IMG/VR virus record: IMGVR_UViG_3300017776_000007
Span: 1,664 to 65,663 of that record
From: a virus
Lineage: Duplodnaviria > Caudoviricetes
Direction: 5' to 3' (one strand)
DNA: 64,000 bases
Shown: positions 1-9,223 of the stretch, in pieces
How the letters are laid out: each line of letters begins with the position of its first letter
How positions within the stretch are numbered: the stretch's first letter is position 1
Translations under genes and position numbers: made by a program
Notes under the pieces: generated by a model
Database searches by the model: none
The model's input: the letters and a program-made list of their open reading frames with translations, nothing else
Told to the model about the DNA's origin: nothing

Positions 1-79
1 TATTCTGGGCCAGTATAATACAAATGTGTGTATTCGGGTTTATGTTACTAGCCTTTTGGATAATTAATGGAGTAGTAAA

Positions 80-310
80 TTGAATATAGAAATATACAGT
101 AAAGACCAATGCCCATATTGTGATATGGCAGTTCATAAGGCGCAGGCCATGATACAAGAAAGTTCGGATATATCTTATAAGGTTTTAAAACTCGGTAAAG
201 ATTTTGGCAGAGAAGAAATGCTAGAAACTTTTCCTGGTGCAAGAACATTTCCTCAAATAAAAATTGATGGAAAAAACATTGGTGGGTGGTTAGAATTTCA
301 AAAGGTTTAA
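80..310 (+). CDS. nrdC: Glutaredoxin (NrdC-like)
   Basis: CPYC active site, TFPQI and IGG motifs; 76 aa; TTG start after GGAG. Confidence 0.9.
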   Translation: MNIEIYSKDQCPYCDMAVHKAQAMIQESSDISYKVLKLGKDFGREEMLETFPGARTFPQIKIDGKNIGGWLEFQKV

Positions 311-327
311 CAAATAAGGAGTTACTT

Positions 328-540
328 ATGACATACGGAACTGCGCCGACGCATTGGTATGTGCACGATTGTCAATTTTGCTATAAAAGGTCTTTTATAT
401 CCATAGAAGACGAATGGGATACGGACGATAGATTCTGTCCTAACTGTGGTATATCATCAGAGATTGATGCAACACCACATTATGATAGTGCTGATACTAC
501 CGTAGAAACTTTGGACTATGACGAAGATTACGAGGAATAA
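328..540 (+). CDS. Small zinc-ribbon protein
   Basis: CQFC...CPNC pairs, acidic tail; ATG at 328 follows ATAAGGAG. Confidence 0.6.
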   Translation: MTYGTAPTHWYVHDCQFCYKRSFISIEDEWDTDDRFCPNCGISSEIDATPHYDSADTTVETLDYDEDYEE

Positions 541-967
541 TCCCCCATGGCTTTATCAAGGCATCGAGTGGCAACCACCCGAAGAATTCGATCCGACCAG
601 CGTATATGGTTTTGTCTACATAATAACCAATCTGCAGAATCAGAGGAAGTACGTAGGGAAGAAATTCTTTTGGAGTCAGAAAACACTACCTATTACCAAA
701 ACAAGGAAAAGGCGAAAGAAACTTAAAGTCGAATCTGATTGGAGAACCTATTGGGGGTCTAATAGGCACCTAGTGGCTGAGATTGAAGAATTTGGAACTG
801 ATAATTATACCAGAGAGATTCTTCATTTATGTAAGACAAAAGGGGACTGTGCATATATGGAAGCTAAAGAACAGTTTGATAGGGACGTATTACTTACCGA
901 AGAGTATTACAATGGTATCATATCTTGTAAAATTGGTGGACAAACAGTTAAAAATTTAATTAAATAG
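518..967 (+). CDS. GIY-YIG family endonuclease
   Basis: GFVYIITN...KYVGKK motif, YWGS, C-terminal YYN. Confidence 0.8.
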   Translation: MTKITRNNPPWLYQGIEWQPPEEFDPTSVYGFVYIITNLQNQRKYVGKKFFWSQKTLPITKTRKRRKKLKVESDWRTYWGSNRHLVAEIEEFGTDNYTREILHLCKTKGDCAYMEAKEQFDRDVLLTEEYYNGIISCKIGGQTVKNLIK

Positions 968-970
968 GGG

Positions 971-999
971 TTTACATTTATGGAAAAGTGTAGTATAAT
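971..999 (+). promoter_or_regulatory. Early sigma70 promoter, GTTTAC-type -35
   Basis: TTTACA(971-976)-17 bp-TATAAT(994-999); same GGGGTTTAC context as the promoter at 24139. Confidence 0.75.
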
Positions 1000-1008
1000 A
1001 TACCTATT

Positions 1009-1350
1009 ATGAAGAACAATATCATACAATTTCCAACTGAGCGAAGACAAGCACAGATTGAGGAAGAAAAGGAATGGGAGTATGAGAACTTCACAGAAGA
1101 ATGTGTAGACACTGCCCAGTTCGCATTACTCTTATTAGAGGACTATATTGATTCCGATGAGGCAAGTACCTTAAAAGAACTTGATTTTAGAAATCCAGAG
1201 TATGCAGAATCCCGTGATATGTTTGTAGTAGTTAATTTACTGTCTTCTATGTTCATGCGTTATGGTGGTGTAACCCACTTCTTGCAAAAGGACTTGGAGA
1301 CTTTATTCACTAAGATACAAGAAACCAGAGAAAATAATGATTTTACTTGA
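1009..1350 (+). CDS. Hypothetical protein
   Basis: 113-aa ORF directly behind a promoter, overlapping the rnh start. Confidence 0.65.
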   Translation: MKNNIIQFPTERRQAQIEEEKEWEYENFTEECVDTAQFALLLLEDYIDSDEASTLKELDFRNPEYAESRDMFVVVNLLSSMFMRYGGVTHFLQKDLETLFTKIQETRENNDFT

Positions 1351-2191
1351 TTATAGTCAGATCGCACTATCCAACATCATAGTGCAAAAACTTAATGATG
1401 AAAATATGATACGCCACATGATTCTTAACAGTATCCGTATGTATAATAAAAGATACCGACAAGAATATGGCCAAATGGTTATATGTGCCGATGGTATGAA
1501 TACATGGCGAAGAGCATACTTCCCAGAATATAAAGCAATGCGCAGGAAGGGTAAAGAACAATCTGATATGGATTGGAATGAAATTTTTAGGATTCTTAAT
1601 TTAGTACGAGAAGAAATCCAAGAAAATTTACCATATAAAGTACTGCACATGGAAGGGTGTGAGGCAGATGATATTATAGGTGCACTTGCAATAAGAACCC
1701 AAGACTTTGGACAGGGCGAACCGGTTATGATTATTTCATCAGACAAGGACTTTATCCAATTACAGAAGTTTAATAACGTAAAACAATTCTCACCTATTCA
1801 AAAGAAGGCAGTAACAGATAAGAACCCTAGAACATACTTGTTCAACCATATCATGCGAGGTGATAGTGGCGATGGTGTTCCTAATGTATTATCAAAAGAT
1901 GATACCTTTATCAGTGAATCAAAACAAACACCATTAAGACAAACACGCATTGATGATTGGTTAGATAGAAGTGATAATCTGAAAGACGCTATGCCAGAAG
2001 AAGTATATCGCAATTACCAAAGAAACAAAAAATTAATTGACTTGACTGAAATCCCTGAGGACATACAAGAATCAATTATAAATAATTATGATAGTCAGAA
2101 ACCGGCAATGAAAATGAAAGTTTTGAATTATTTAATTAAGAAAAGATGTAACAACCTGATTGAAGTAGTGGAGGAATTTTACAATGGATAA
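1337..2191 (+). CDS. rnh: T4-type RNase H / 5'-3' exonuclease
   Basis: MILLDYSQI, EADDII, SSDKDFIQL, GDSGDGVPN motifs of the FEN/T4 RNase H family. Confidence 0.92.
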   Translation: MILLDYSQIALSNIIVQKLNDENMIRHMILNSIRMYNKRYRQEYGQMVICADGMNTWRRAYFPEYKAMRRKGKEQSDMDWNEIFRILNLVREEIQENLPYKVLHMEGCEADDIIGALAIRTQDFGQGEPVMIISSDKDFIQLQKFNNVKQFSPIQKKAVTDKNPRTYLFNHIMRGDSGDGVPNVLSKDDTFISESKQTPLRQTRIDDWLDRSDNLKDAMPEEVYRNYQRNKKLIDLTEIPEDIQESIINNYDSQKPAMKMKVLNYLIKKRCNNLIEVVEEFYNG

Positions 2192-2612
2192 AACCAGAAT
2201 GGTGTCGGGAGTATTAAAGAATGCTTCTAAGCTAAAAACCAAAAAAGAAAGAGTGGCGTATTTAAAAGAACACGATACACCAGCATTAAGAGATATTATC
2301 AGAATTAATTATGATGCAGATATTGTCTCTTTATTACCTGAGGGCTCCCCGCCCTTCCGAAAAGATGATGCACCCGATGGGCATGAGTACCAAACGTTGC
2401 ATAAAGCACATAAAGGGTTCGCATATTATTTTAAAGGCCCATATACCAAAATGAACCAGATGAAGCGTGAATCCATGTTTGTAAATATGTTGGAGTCATT
2501 ACATGGAGATGAGGCTGAATTGGTAGTTGCTGCAAAAGATAAGTCAATGAATTACAAAGGTATAACCAAACTTCTATGTAAAGAAGTCTGGCCAAATCTT
2601 ATTGTAAAATAG
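2184..2612 (+). CDS. Conserved T4-like phage hypothetical protein
   Basis: 142 aa; LLPEGSPPF and KRESMFVNMLESLH motifs resemble a protein often found after rnh (recalled, not searched). Confidence 0.65.
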   Translation: MDKTRMVSGVLKNASKLKTKKERVAYLKEHDTPALRDIIRINYDADIVSLLPEGSPPFRKDDAPDGHEYQTLHKAHKGFAYYFKGPYTKMNQMKRESMFVNMLESLHGDEAELVVAAKDKSMNYKGITKLLCKEVWPNLIVK

Positions 2613-2692
2613 TTATAACATAAACACGGAGGATCGCCTATAGACAAACCTTTATAATGATAGAATTCAATTAACCAACATGGAGAAACATT

Positions 2693-2857
2693 ATGCATGT
2701 ACAAATTGAGCGCCTTAAAAAAGACCAAAAAGAGGCAATATACTATCAGAAGAAACTGAAACGCAAAGGGAAAGATGTTCTGGCTTATAAGATGCAGAAA
2801 AAAATCGAATACCTGAATAAATATATCGAAGATATGGCGGCAGTTCAAGGAGGTTAA
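2693..2857 (+). CDS. Small basic helical protein (54 aa; not in ORF track)
   Basis: GGAGA SD, ATG 2693, MHVQIERLKKDQKEAIYYQKKLKRKGKD...QGG*. Confidence 0.6.
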   Translation: MHVQIERLKKDQKEAIYYQKKLKRKGKDVLAYKMQKKIEYLNKYIEDMAAVQGG

Positions 2858-2868
2858 AACAGGGTTAC

Positions 2869-2887
2869 GGCCCTGGTCTACAGGGCC
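2869..2887 (+). terminator. GC-rich hairpin (possible terminator or processing site)
   Basis: GGCCCTG-gtcta-CAGGGCC; no clear U-tract. Confidence 0.4.
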
Positions 2888-2895
2888 AAGTACCT

Positions 2896-3189
2896 ATGAC
2901 AAAATATACCAAAGAAGAATTAGAAAATTCAAAAAGAATTTATAAGTCTGCAACACCAAAATATACCTTAGATTGGTATGTTAAATGGGTGGCATCAGTC
3001 TTCGTATTGGCAGCAATGTCAATGAGAGGAATACCAGAATTACAGATGTGGGACTTAGGTCTATCAGTTATCGGAATTACATTATGGTTAGTGGTTTCTA
3101 TTCTATGGAAAGATAGAGCACTAATTCTACTCAATGGAGTAGGACTATTATTTTTATTAAGGAATTTTCTTACTACATTTAATGGTTGA
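2896..3189 (+). CDS. Small membrane protein (about 3 TM)
   Basis: Hydrophobic segments, WKDRALILLN motif. Confidence 0.65.
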   Translation: MTKYTKEELENSKRIYKSATPKYTLDWYVKWVASVFVLAAMSMRGIPELQMWDLGLSVIGITLWLVVSILWKDRALILLNGVGLLFLLRNFLTTFNG

Positions 3190-3214
3190 CAAATACAAAA
3201 AACTGTGATATAAT
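3186..3214 (+). promoter_or_regulatory. Early sigma70 promoter
   Basis: TTGACA(3186)-17 bp-TATAAT(3209) with extended -10 TG. Confidence 0.85.
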
Positions 3215-3223
3215 ATACACATT

Positions 3224-3793
3224 ATGAATATTTTTATACTTAACGAAGACCCAGTAATTGCTGCACAAGAACAATGTGACAAACATGTGGTTAAGATGAT
3301 TGTAGAATCTGCACAAATGTTATCCACAGTACATAGAATGCTAGACGGCTCGATCGAGCAACGTCCATCCAAATCAGGAAAAAGAATCCTAAAATACTAC
3401 AAACTTGACGACAGTAGAGAAGATACTCTCTATAAGGCTGTACATCATAATCATCCATGTACGGTTTGGTCTCGCGAGAGTTGTTGTAATTATTCTTGGC
3501 ATTATGAACACTTTATTGCTCTATGTGATGAATATACATATAGATATGGTAAGACACATTCAACGGATTCTAAATTGAGAGAAATACTAAAAAGAATACC
3601 TAATAATATTCCACGTAATGTCGGTAGAACACATTTTAAATTAGCTATGGGTTCTAATCCAGAGTGTGTAGTACATGGGTTAGGTGGTACGGATGCTGTA
3701 GAATCATACAGAAATTTTTATCAAACAAAACAAGTGAGGTTTAAAATGGATTGGACTAAACGTGAAGTGCCGGAGTGGTTTCAATATGCCTAG
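3224..3793 (+). CDS. Pyrimidine-dimer DNA glycosylase/endonuclease V-like protein
   Basis: MNIFILNEDP...CDKHVVKMIVESAQMLST, HHNHPCTVW, EYTYRYGKTH motifs. Confidence 0.75.
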   Translation: MNIFILNEDPVIAAQEQCDKHVVKMIVESAQMLSTVHRMLDGSIEQRPSKSGKRILKYYKLDDSREDTLYKAVHHNHPCTVWSRESCCNYSWHYEHFIALCDEYTYRYGKTHSTDSKLREILKRIPNNIPRNVGRTHFKLAMGSNPECVVHGLGGTDAVESYRNFYQTKQVRFKMDWTKREVPEWFQYA

Positions 3794-4025
3794 TTACGAT
3801 TTTAAAAATAAGAATACTGGAGAGGTAAAAGAATATTTTATGTCTTATAAAGACCTTGACCAATTTAAAAAGGATAACCCAGATTTAGAACAACAGATAT
3901 CTGCTCCAAATTTTTCATATAAAGAAAGTGCTCTAAAGAGTGCTGGAGACGGATGGAAAGAAGTCCAAGACCGAATTAAGAAAGGCCAACCACCACGATA
4001 TAAGGATAACATTAGAACAAAATGA
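3786..4025 (+). CDS. FmdB-like small phage protein
   Basis: MPSYDFKNKNTGEVKE N-terminus, GWKEV motif; lies directly upstream of phoH. Confidence 0.6.
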   Translation: MPSYDFKNKNTGEVKEYFMSYKDLDQFKKDNPDLEQQISAPNFSYKESALKSAGDGWKEVQDRIKKGQPPRYKDNIRTK

Positions 4026-4714
4026 GTCAGAAACCATCACGTTTAAGAACAGAACATCTTATCACATTGGACCCTCTTACTGAGGCGCAAGAAAATGTAT
4101 TTACATCATGGAAAGATGGATTTAATTTAGTATTATCTGGATCTGCAGGTACAGGTAAAACCTTTATTTCAACCTATCTATCACTATTGGATATTTTGGA
4201 TAAAGAAAAACAGCAGAATAAACTTGTGATTGTGAGATCAGCAGTACCTACTAGAGATATGGGATTCTTGCCAGGAACATTAGAAGAAAAAGAAGATGCG
4301 TACAAAACGCCTTATTATGCAATTCTTTCGGATCTCTTTGAAGATGCCGATGCATGGAAAAAGATAGAAACTGCTAAACAAATTGAATTTTTAACAACTT
4401 CTTTTATAAGAGGTATCACACTTAATGATTGTATTGTTCTCATTGATGAATCACAGAACCTTACATATCACGAACTCTGTTCGGTAATTACTCGACTAGG
4501 AAATAATACAAGAATTATTTTATGTGGAGATTATTACCAAACTGATTTTACGAAACAAAGTGATCAGATGGGGTTAAAGAAATTTCATACTATTTTGGAA
4601 AATATGAAACACTTTGATCACATAGAATTTAAATGGAAAGACATTGTCAGATCTGGTCTGGTAAGAGACTTCATAATGACAAAGGAAATGATAGAAAATG
4701 ACAATTTTAAATAA
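4022..4714 (+). CDS. phoH: PhoH-family ATPase
   Basis: GSAGTGKT Walker A, GFLPG, RGITL, DESQN, GDYYQTD, DIVRSGLV. Confidence 0.93.
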   Translation: MSQKPSRLRTEHLITLDPLTEAQENVFTSWKDGFNLVLSGSAGTGKTFISTYLSLLDILDKEKQQNKLVIVRSAVPTRDMGFLPGTLEEKEDAYKTPYYAILSDLFEDADAWKKIETAKQIEFLTTSFIRGITLNDCIVLIDESQNLTYHELCSVITRLGNNTRIILCGDYYQTDFTKQSDQMGLKKFHTILENMKHFDHIEFKWKDIVRSGLVRDFIMTKEMIENDNFK

Positions 4715-5411
4715 GGGAGAATTTATACATGAAAAGGTTGATTTGGGATATGACGACCTTTCTGCAAAGACAGGCTCTGGTGGTAGAACATACACCGCTC
4801 CTGATGGTAGTACTTATCCTTCTATTACAACAGTACTGTCCATTTTAAGTAGAGAGGCAATCCAGGCATGGAGAGCAAGAGTAGGGGAAGAAGAGGCAAA
4901 CAAGATATCAAGAGTTGCCTCAACAAGAGGAACGGCAGTACACGATATGTTAGAAAAGTATGTGGACAATGATCCAAACTTTGCTGAAGGTGTACTGCCT
5001 CATATTATACAATCATTTTATGATGTAAAAGATGTACTCGATACTAATTTACAAAAAGTTTATGCACAAGAGGCTCCACTGTTTTCTGAACATTTAGGTT
5101 TGGCGGGTAGAGTGGATTGTGTTGGTGTATGGGATGGCAAGAATTCAATTATTGATTACAAGACATCTCGTAAACCGAAAAAGAAAGAATGGATTGATGG
5201 TTACTTCATGCAGTGTGCAGCATATGCAATAATGTGGGAAGAAAGAACCGGAATGCCCATTACACAATTGGTTGTTATGATTGCAGTAGATAATGAAGAA
5301 CCACAGGTCTTTATAGAACATAGAGATAATTGGGTAAAGAAATTATTTGATGTAATCGAACAGTATAAACTCGAAAAGAAACGAGAACATATATTTGGAG
5401 AAAGGAGGTAA
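4698..5411 (+). CDS. PD-(D/E)xK exonuclease
   Basis: YPSITTVL, RGTAVH, AGRVDC, IIDYKTS, QCAAYA. Confidence 0.85.
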   Translation: MTILNKGEFIHEKVDLGYDDLSAKTGSGGRTYTAPDGSTYPSITTVLSILSREAIQAWRARVGEEEANKISRVASTRGTAVHDMLEKYVDNDPNFAEGVLPHIIQSFYDVKDVLDTNLQKVYAQEAPLFSEHLGLAGRVDCVGVWDGKNSIIDYKTSRKPKKKEWIDGYFMQCAAYAIMWEERTGMPITQLVVMIAVDNEEPQVFIEHRDNWVKKLFDVIEQYKLEKKREHIFGERR

Positions 5412-5412
5412 T

Positions 5413-5934
5413 ATGTTAACAGTTGGAGATAAATTCCCTGCGTGTACATTGCAGGGTGTCGATAAAAATAATAGTTTTGTCGAAGTAAAAATTGAGAATG
5501 GTTATACGCCACATAAACAAGATTGGAGTGTGGTTTATTTCTATCCGAAAGATTTTACCTTTATCTGTCCTACAGAAATTGCAGGAATGGATATGTTGGT
5601 AGAAGAAGCAAATGTTATCGGTATCAGTGGTGATAACGAATTCTGCAAACTTGCATGGAAACAGAACAACGAATTAATCGGAAGTATTAATCACGTTCTT
5701 GCTGCAGATTGTGGGTTAGGACTATCACATAGGCTAGGTATTGTCAACGAAGAAGAAGGAGTGTGTTATAGAGCAACCTTTATCTATGATAGAGATATGG
5801 TTATTCAACACGTATCTGTCAATGCATTGGATACAGGTAGAAATGCACACGAAGTATTAAGAACTTTACAAGCACTTAAGGCTGGTGGTTTAACTGGCTG
5901 TGAGTGGAATCCAGGAGAGGAGTTTGTAGCATGA
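5413..5934 (+). CDS. ahpC: Peroxiredoxin (AhpC/TSA)
   Basis: FYPKDFTFICPTEI peroxidatic motif, GRN, C-terminal Cys; AGGAGG SD before ATG 5413. Confidence 0.9.
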   Translation: MLTVGDKFPACTLQGVDKNNSFVEVKIENGYTPHKQDWSVVYFYPKDFTFICPTEIAGMDMLVEEANVIGISGDNEFCKLAWKQNNELIGSINHVLAADCGLGLSHRLGIVNEEEGVCYRATFIYDRDMVIQHVSVNALDTGRNAHEVLRTLQALKAGGLTGCEWNPGEEFVA

Positions 5935-6149
5935 GAGAATCAATGATAACTGCACTAAAGAACCATTATCACGGTGAAATTGGTAAACATAAAATGAACG
6001 TTGAGGCGTTTCTAACCAACCCAGTAGGTGTTGGAGAACATATCGACATTATGGAAACCATATCTGGCGAGATTGGTAAGATTGCCGAATATGAAGATAA
6101 ATTAATGATTTTAGAGACACATTTCACTTCTGAACAGGTAAAAATATAA
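5931..6149 (+). CDS. Conserved phage hypothetical protein
   Basis: NPVGVGEH motif; ATGA overlap with ahpC. Confidence 0.65.
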   Translation: MRESMITALKNHYHGEIGKHKMNVEAFLTNPVGVGEHIDIMETISGEIGKIAEYEDKLMILETHFTSEQVKI

Positions 6150-6159
6150 TAAAAAAGTG

Positions 6160-6188
6160 TTGACAAAGTCCTATAAATGTGTTATAAT
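6160..6188 (+). promoter_or_regulatory. Early sigma70 promoter
   Basis: AAAAAAGTG-TTGACA(6160)-17 bp-TATAAT(6183). Confidence 0.88.
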
Positions 6189-6194
6189 ATACAC

Positions 6195-6662
6195 ATGAAA
6201 AAGGAAAAAAGACATATTATATTTGACGTTGATGGAACCATCGCAGACGTACAACACAGACGTAAGTTTGTAGATGGTTCCCAACAAAAAGATTGGCCTT
6301 CCTTTAAGGCTGCTACAGTAAATGATACCCCTATTCAGTGGGTATGCGAGGCGGCTAAACAACACGTAAAAGATCAAGATGTAGTAATATTCGTATCTGC
6401 AAGGAACACTTCTGAAAAGGATATTACAGTAAAACAAATACAAGAATGGATAGGTATACAAGATCCTATACTATTTTTAAGACCAGACGGCGACTTCAGG
6501 CCTGACCACGAATTTAAACAAGACGTATTGGGTCATATACAAGAAGCCATAGGTGGTAATCCAGACTTGGTATATGACGACAGAAATCAAGTAGTTGATA
6601 TGTGGAGATCAAATGGAATCGAAGTTAATCAAGTAGTTGATAGAACATCAGGTAACTTTTAG
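6195..6662 (+). CDS. HAD-family phosphatase (PseT/PNKP phosphatase-domain-like)
   Basis: FDVDGT, FVSAR, YDDRNQVVDMWR motifs. Confidence 0.85.
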   Translation: MKKEKRHIIFDVDGTIADVQHRRKFVDGSQQKDWPSFKAATVNDTPIQWVCEAAKQHVKDQDVVIFVSARNTSEKDITVKQIQEWIGIQDPILFLRPDGDFRPDHEFKQDVLGHIQEAIGGNPDLVYDDRNQVVDMWRSNGIEVNQVVDRTSGNF

Positions 6663-6663
6663 T

Positions 6664-6732
6664 GAGGATACTAGGTTCGGGACATCATATGACGATTATA
6701 AACTACCCGGTAATCATCGCCCTAGTATCCTC
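6664..6732. other. Intergenic stem-loop, candidate structured RNA
   Basis: Perfect 12-bp inverted repeat GAGGATACTAGG/CCTAGTATCCTC enclosing 45 nt. Confidence 0.55.
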
Positions 6733-6766
6733 TCTAAAATTACTTGAAAAAAGATTAAAAAAAGTG

Positions 6767-6795
6767 TTGACAAATACTTCAAAATGTGTTATAAT
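6767..6795 (+). promoter_or_regulatory. Early sigma70 promoter
   Basis: AAAAAAAGTG-TTGACA(6767)-17 bp-TATAAT(6790). Confidence 0.88.
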
Positions 6796-6818
6796 ATACA
6801 CATATGATAAGGAGAAAT

Positions 6819-7397
6819 ATGAAAGATAATGTAATTTTAATTGACTGTGATGGAGTACTATGTGATTGGGAATACGCATTTACTCAGTTTATGCATCACA
6901 AAGGATTCCCAACAGTTGAACCAAGTGCATATAATGTTGGTACAAGGTTTAATTTTACCAGAGAACAAGGTCATAACTTCGTTAGAGAATTTAATGATTC
7001 AGCGGCCATAGGTTTTCTACCCCCTTTAAGAGATGCAGTTTACTACGTCAAAAGGTTGAATATGTTACATGGATATAAATTCCATTGTATCACATCATTG
7101 AGTACCAATAGGTATGCTCAGAAACTAAGAATCCAAAACCTCGAATTACTATTCGGTAAAGAGTTATGGGAAGATTTTACTTTTCTACCATGCGGAGCGG
7201 ATAAAGACGAAGAACTTGCTAAGTTTAAAGATACTGGATGTTTCTGGATCGAAGATAAACCAGAAAATGCACAAGTCGGTGTGGATATGGGCCTCGAATC
7301 TATCTTAGTCGCTCATACACATAATACTGATGAGGTAAACATTCCTAGGTATTGGAAGTGGAAACATATTTACAAGCACATTGTGGGAGAACTATAA
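6819..7397 (+). CDS. HAD-family nucleotidase (T4 gp30.2-like)
   Basis: IDCDGVL, WIEDKPEN; adjacent to the ligase as in T4. Confidence 0.78.
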   Translation: MKDNVILIDCDGVLCDWEYAFTQFMHHKGFPTVEPSAYNVGTRFNFTREQGHNFVREFNDSAAIGFLPPLRDAVYYVKRLNMLHGYKFHCITSLSTNRYAQKLRIQNLELLFGKELWEDFTFLPCGADKDEELAKFKDTGCFWIEDKPENAQVGVDMGLESILVAHTHNTDEVNIPRYWKWKHIYKHIVGEL

Positions 7398-8665
7398 TGG
7401 AACCATGGGAAATAATTAAACACATCGAAACAGATAACAGTAGGTTATTTAAAGAGGATGTCCTAAAACAACACATGGACAATGAAGAATTTGTCAAGGG
7501 TCTGCAGAAGTGTTTCGACCCTTTGATTACCTTTGGGACAAGGGAAGTACCAGTAAAGAAAGAACCTAACGGGCTAATGGAGCCATGGTTTACATGGTCA
7601 CAATTTGAACAACTCTGTTATAACCTAGAAACCAGAACTCTTACAGGTCATGCTGCAAGAGATGCCATACTCAATGCTATGGCCATTTGTGATCAGACAG
7701 CATGGAATTTTTGGTATCGTAGAATTTTATTAAAGTCTATCGATGCAGGATTTGGAGAAAGAACCATTAATAAAATTGCCAAAGGTACTATACCAAGATT
7801 TAGTTGTATGTTGGCCAAAGATGGTAAGGATGGTAAAGGTCTTGTAGGTAAATGTCTTATCGAATACAAGTATGATGGTGTAAGGTGTATTGCAATTGTA
7901 AAGAATAACGTTGCTACCCTTTACAGCAGAAACGGTAAAGTATTTCCTAATTTTCCTCACATAGAGGCCGCATTAAGTAAACCTGAATTTAATGATTGTG
8001 TCTTTGATGGCGAGATTATGAGTGAGAACTTTCAGGCTCTAATGAAACAAGTTTATAGAAAGTCAGATGTACAAACAGAAGATGCATTTATGGCTCTCTT
8101 TGATATAGTGGACTTACAAGAATGGGAGAAAGGTAAAGGTCAGTTAAATACTTTGGAAAGAAAAGAAATATTGGATAATATGGTCTTTGAAGATTGTATT
8201 AAACCAGTTGATTATACCATGGTAAACTTTGATACAGAGAATGGTAATAATACATTCAAAGCCATGAATAAAGAGGCTTTAGAAAAAGGTTACGAAGGGT
8301 TAATGGTTAAACCTATCGAGTCTTTATATGAATGTAAAAGATCAGCCTCTTGGTTAAAAATCAAACCCATTATTGAAGTCACTCTTATGGTAGAGGCCAT
8401 AGAAGAAGGGCAGGGTAAATTTATAGGTACTACAGGTGCTCTAGTTTGTGAAGGTGTTGATGATGGAGTCAATATTAAAGTAAACGTAGGGTCAGGTCTT
8501 ACAGATGAATTACGAGATGCAATTTGGAATAATCAAGAAGATGTGTTACATCAATTGGTTGAAATTAGAGCAGATGCCATTACTCAAAATGAGGATGGTA
8601 ATTACAGTTTAAGGTTCCCTAGGTTTAAAACATTTAGGGGTTTTGAAATAGGCGAAAAAATATAA
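7397..8665 (+). CDS. ATP-dependent DNA ligase (gp30)
   Basis: EYKYDGVR motif I, FDGEI, EGLMVK, WLKIK, SLRFPRF. Confidence 0.93.
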   Translation: MEPWEIIKHIETDNSRLFKEDVLKQHMDNEEFVKGLQKCFDPLITFGTREVPVKKEPNGLMEPWFTWSQFEQLCYNLETRTLTGHAARDAILNAMAICDQTAWNFWYRRILLKSIDAGFGERTINKIAKGTIPRFSCMLAKDGKDGKGLVGKCLIEYKYDGVRCIAIVKNNVATLYSRNGKVFPNFPHIEAALSKPEFNDCVFDGEIMSENFQALMKQVYRKSDVQTEDAFMALFDIVDLQEWEKGKGQLNTLERKEILDNMVFEDCIKPVDYTMVNFDTENGNNTFKAMNKEALEKGYEGLMVKPIESLYECKRSASWLKIKPIIEVTLMVEAIEEGQGKFIGTTGALVCEGVDDGVNIKVNVGSGLTDELRDAIWNNQEDVLHQLVEIRADAITQNEDGNYSLRFPRFKTFRGFEIGEKI

Positions 8666-8675
8666 GGAGTAAATT

Positions 8676-8912
8676 ATGAGCTTTTCAGGAACTAGTATTA
8701 AATATAAAGGTATTGCAAAGGATTCTACTATTGTGTGGAAACCTAAGAAATACGAGGTCGATGCATTTGATTATGATAAGGTGAAGGCCAGAGTCGAAAA
8801 ATGTAAAGAAGAAGGCGATAGAAAGGCCTTAGAGGTGATCACTAAAAATATTAAAAGGGTATGTAAAGATAACCCAGATATTTTTGATGATTTTTTAAAA
8901 CTTGTAACATAA
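8676..8912 (+). CDS. Hypothetical protein
   Basis: TAAGGAG SD, 78 aa. Confidence 0.65.
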   Translation: MSFSGTSIKYKGIAKDSTIVWKPKKYEVDAFDYDKVKARVEKCKEEGDRKALEVITKNIKRVCKDNPDIFDDFLKLVT

Positions 8913-8920
8913 GGAGAATA

Positions 8921-9115
8921 ATGCCAACAAAATTAGGAAAGTCTTACAAGACTGTTGACAGAGCCACTAAAAAGGTAACTGTAATGAACCCATACATTAA
9001 AGGTATGGCCAAAAAGGATCTCATAGAGAAGTATAACGACAAAAATACTAGACCGAAAGATAAGAGGAAGATTAAAAATGAATTGGTTAGGAGAGGCGGT
9101 GTCGTCTTTAATTAA
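8921..9115 (+). CDS. Small basic hypothetical protein
   Basis: TAAGGAG SD, 64 aa, Lys/Arg-rich. Confidence 0.65.
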   Translation: MPTKLGKSYKTVDRATKKVTVMNPYIKGMAKKDLIEKYNDKNTRPKDKRKIKNELVRRGGVVFN

Positions 9116-9212
9116 GGGATTCTTTAATATAATTAAATGGGTTATAATATTGTTCATAGTAGTAGCAATATGCATGACCGTTATTCAATACGGTAGTATA
9201 ACTCAATTCTAA
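9099..9212 (+). CDS. Small single-TM peptide (37 aa; not in ORF track)
   Basis: GTG after AGGAGAGG; MSSLIKGFFNIIKWVIILFIVVAICMTVIQYGSITQF. Confidence 0.45.
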   Translation: MSSLIKGFFNIIKWVIILFIVVAICMTVIQYGSITQF

Positions 9213-9223
9213 ATCTCTGGCTG

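Noticed and set aside
518-967. Mobile homing endonuclease or intron
   Set aside because: Catalytic GIY-YIG domain only, no DNA-binding repeats, and the flanking genes are uninterrupted.
4698-5411. Cas4-like nuclease suggesting a CRISPR system
   Set aside because: No repeat-spacer array or other cas genes seen, and no Fe-S cysteine cluster; fits an ordinary phage exonuclease.
6664-6732. Possible hammerhead ribozyme or tRNA
   Set aside because: The minus strand has GCGATGA and CGAAC instead of the CUGANGA and GAAA core; no cloverleaf or T-loop motif.
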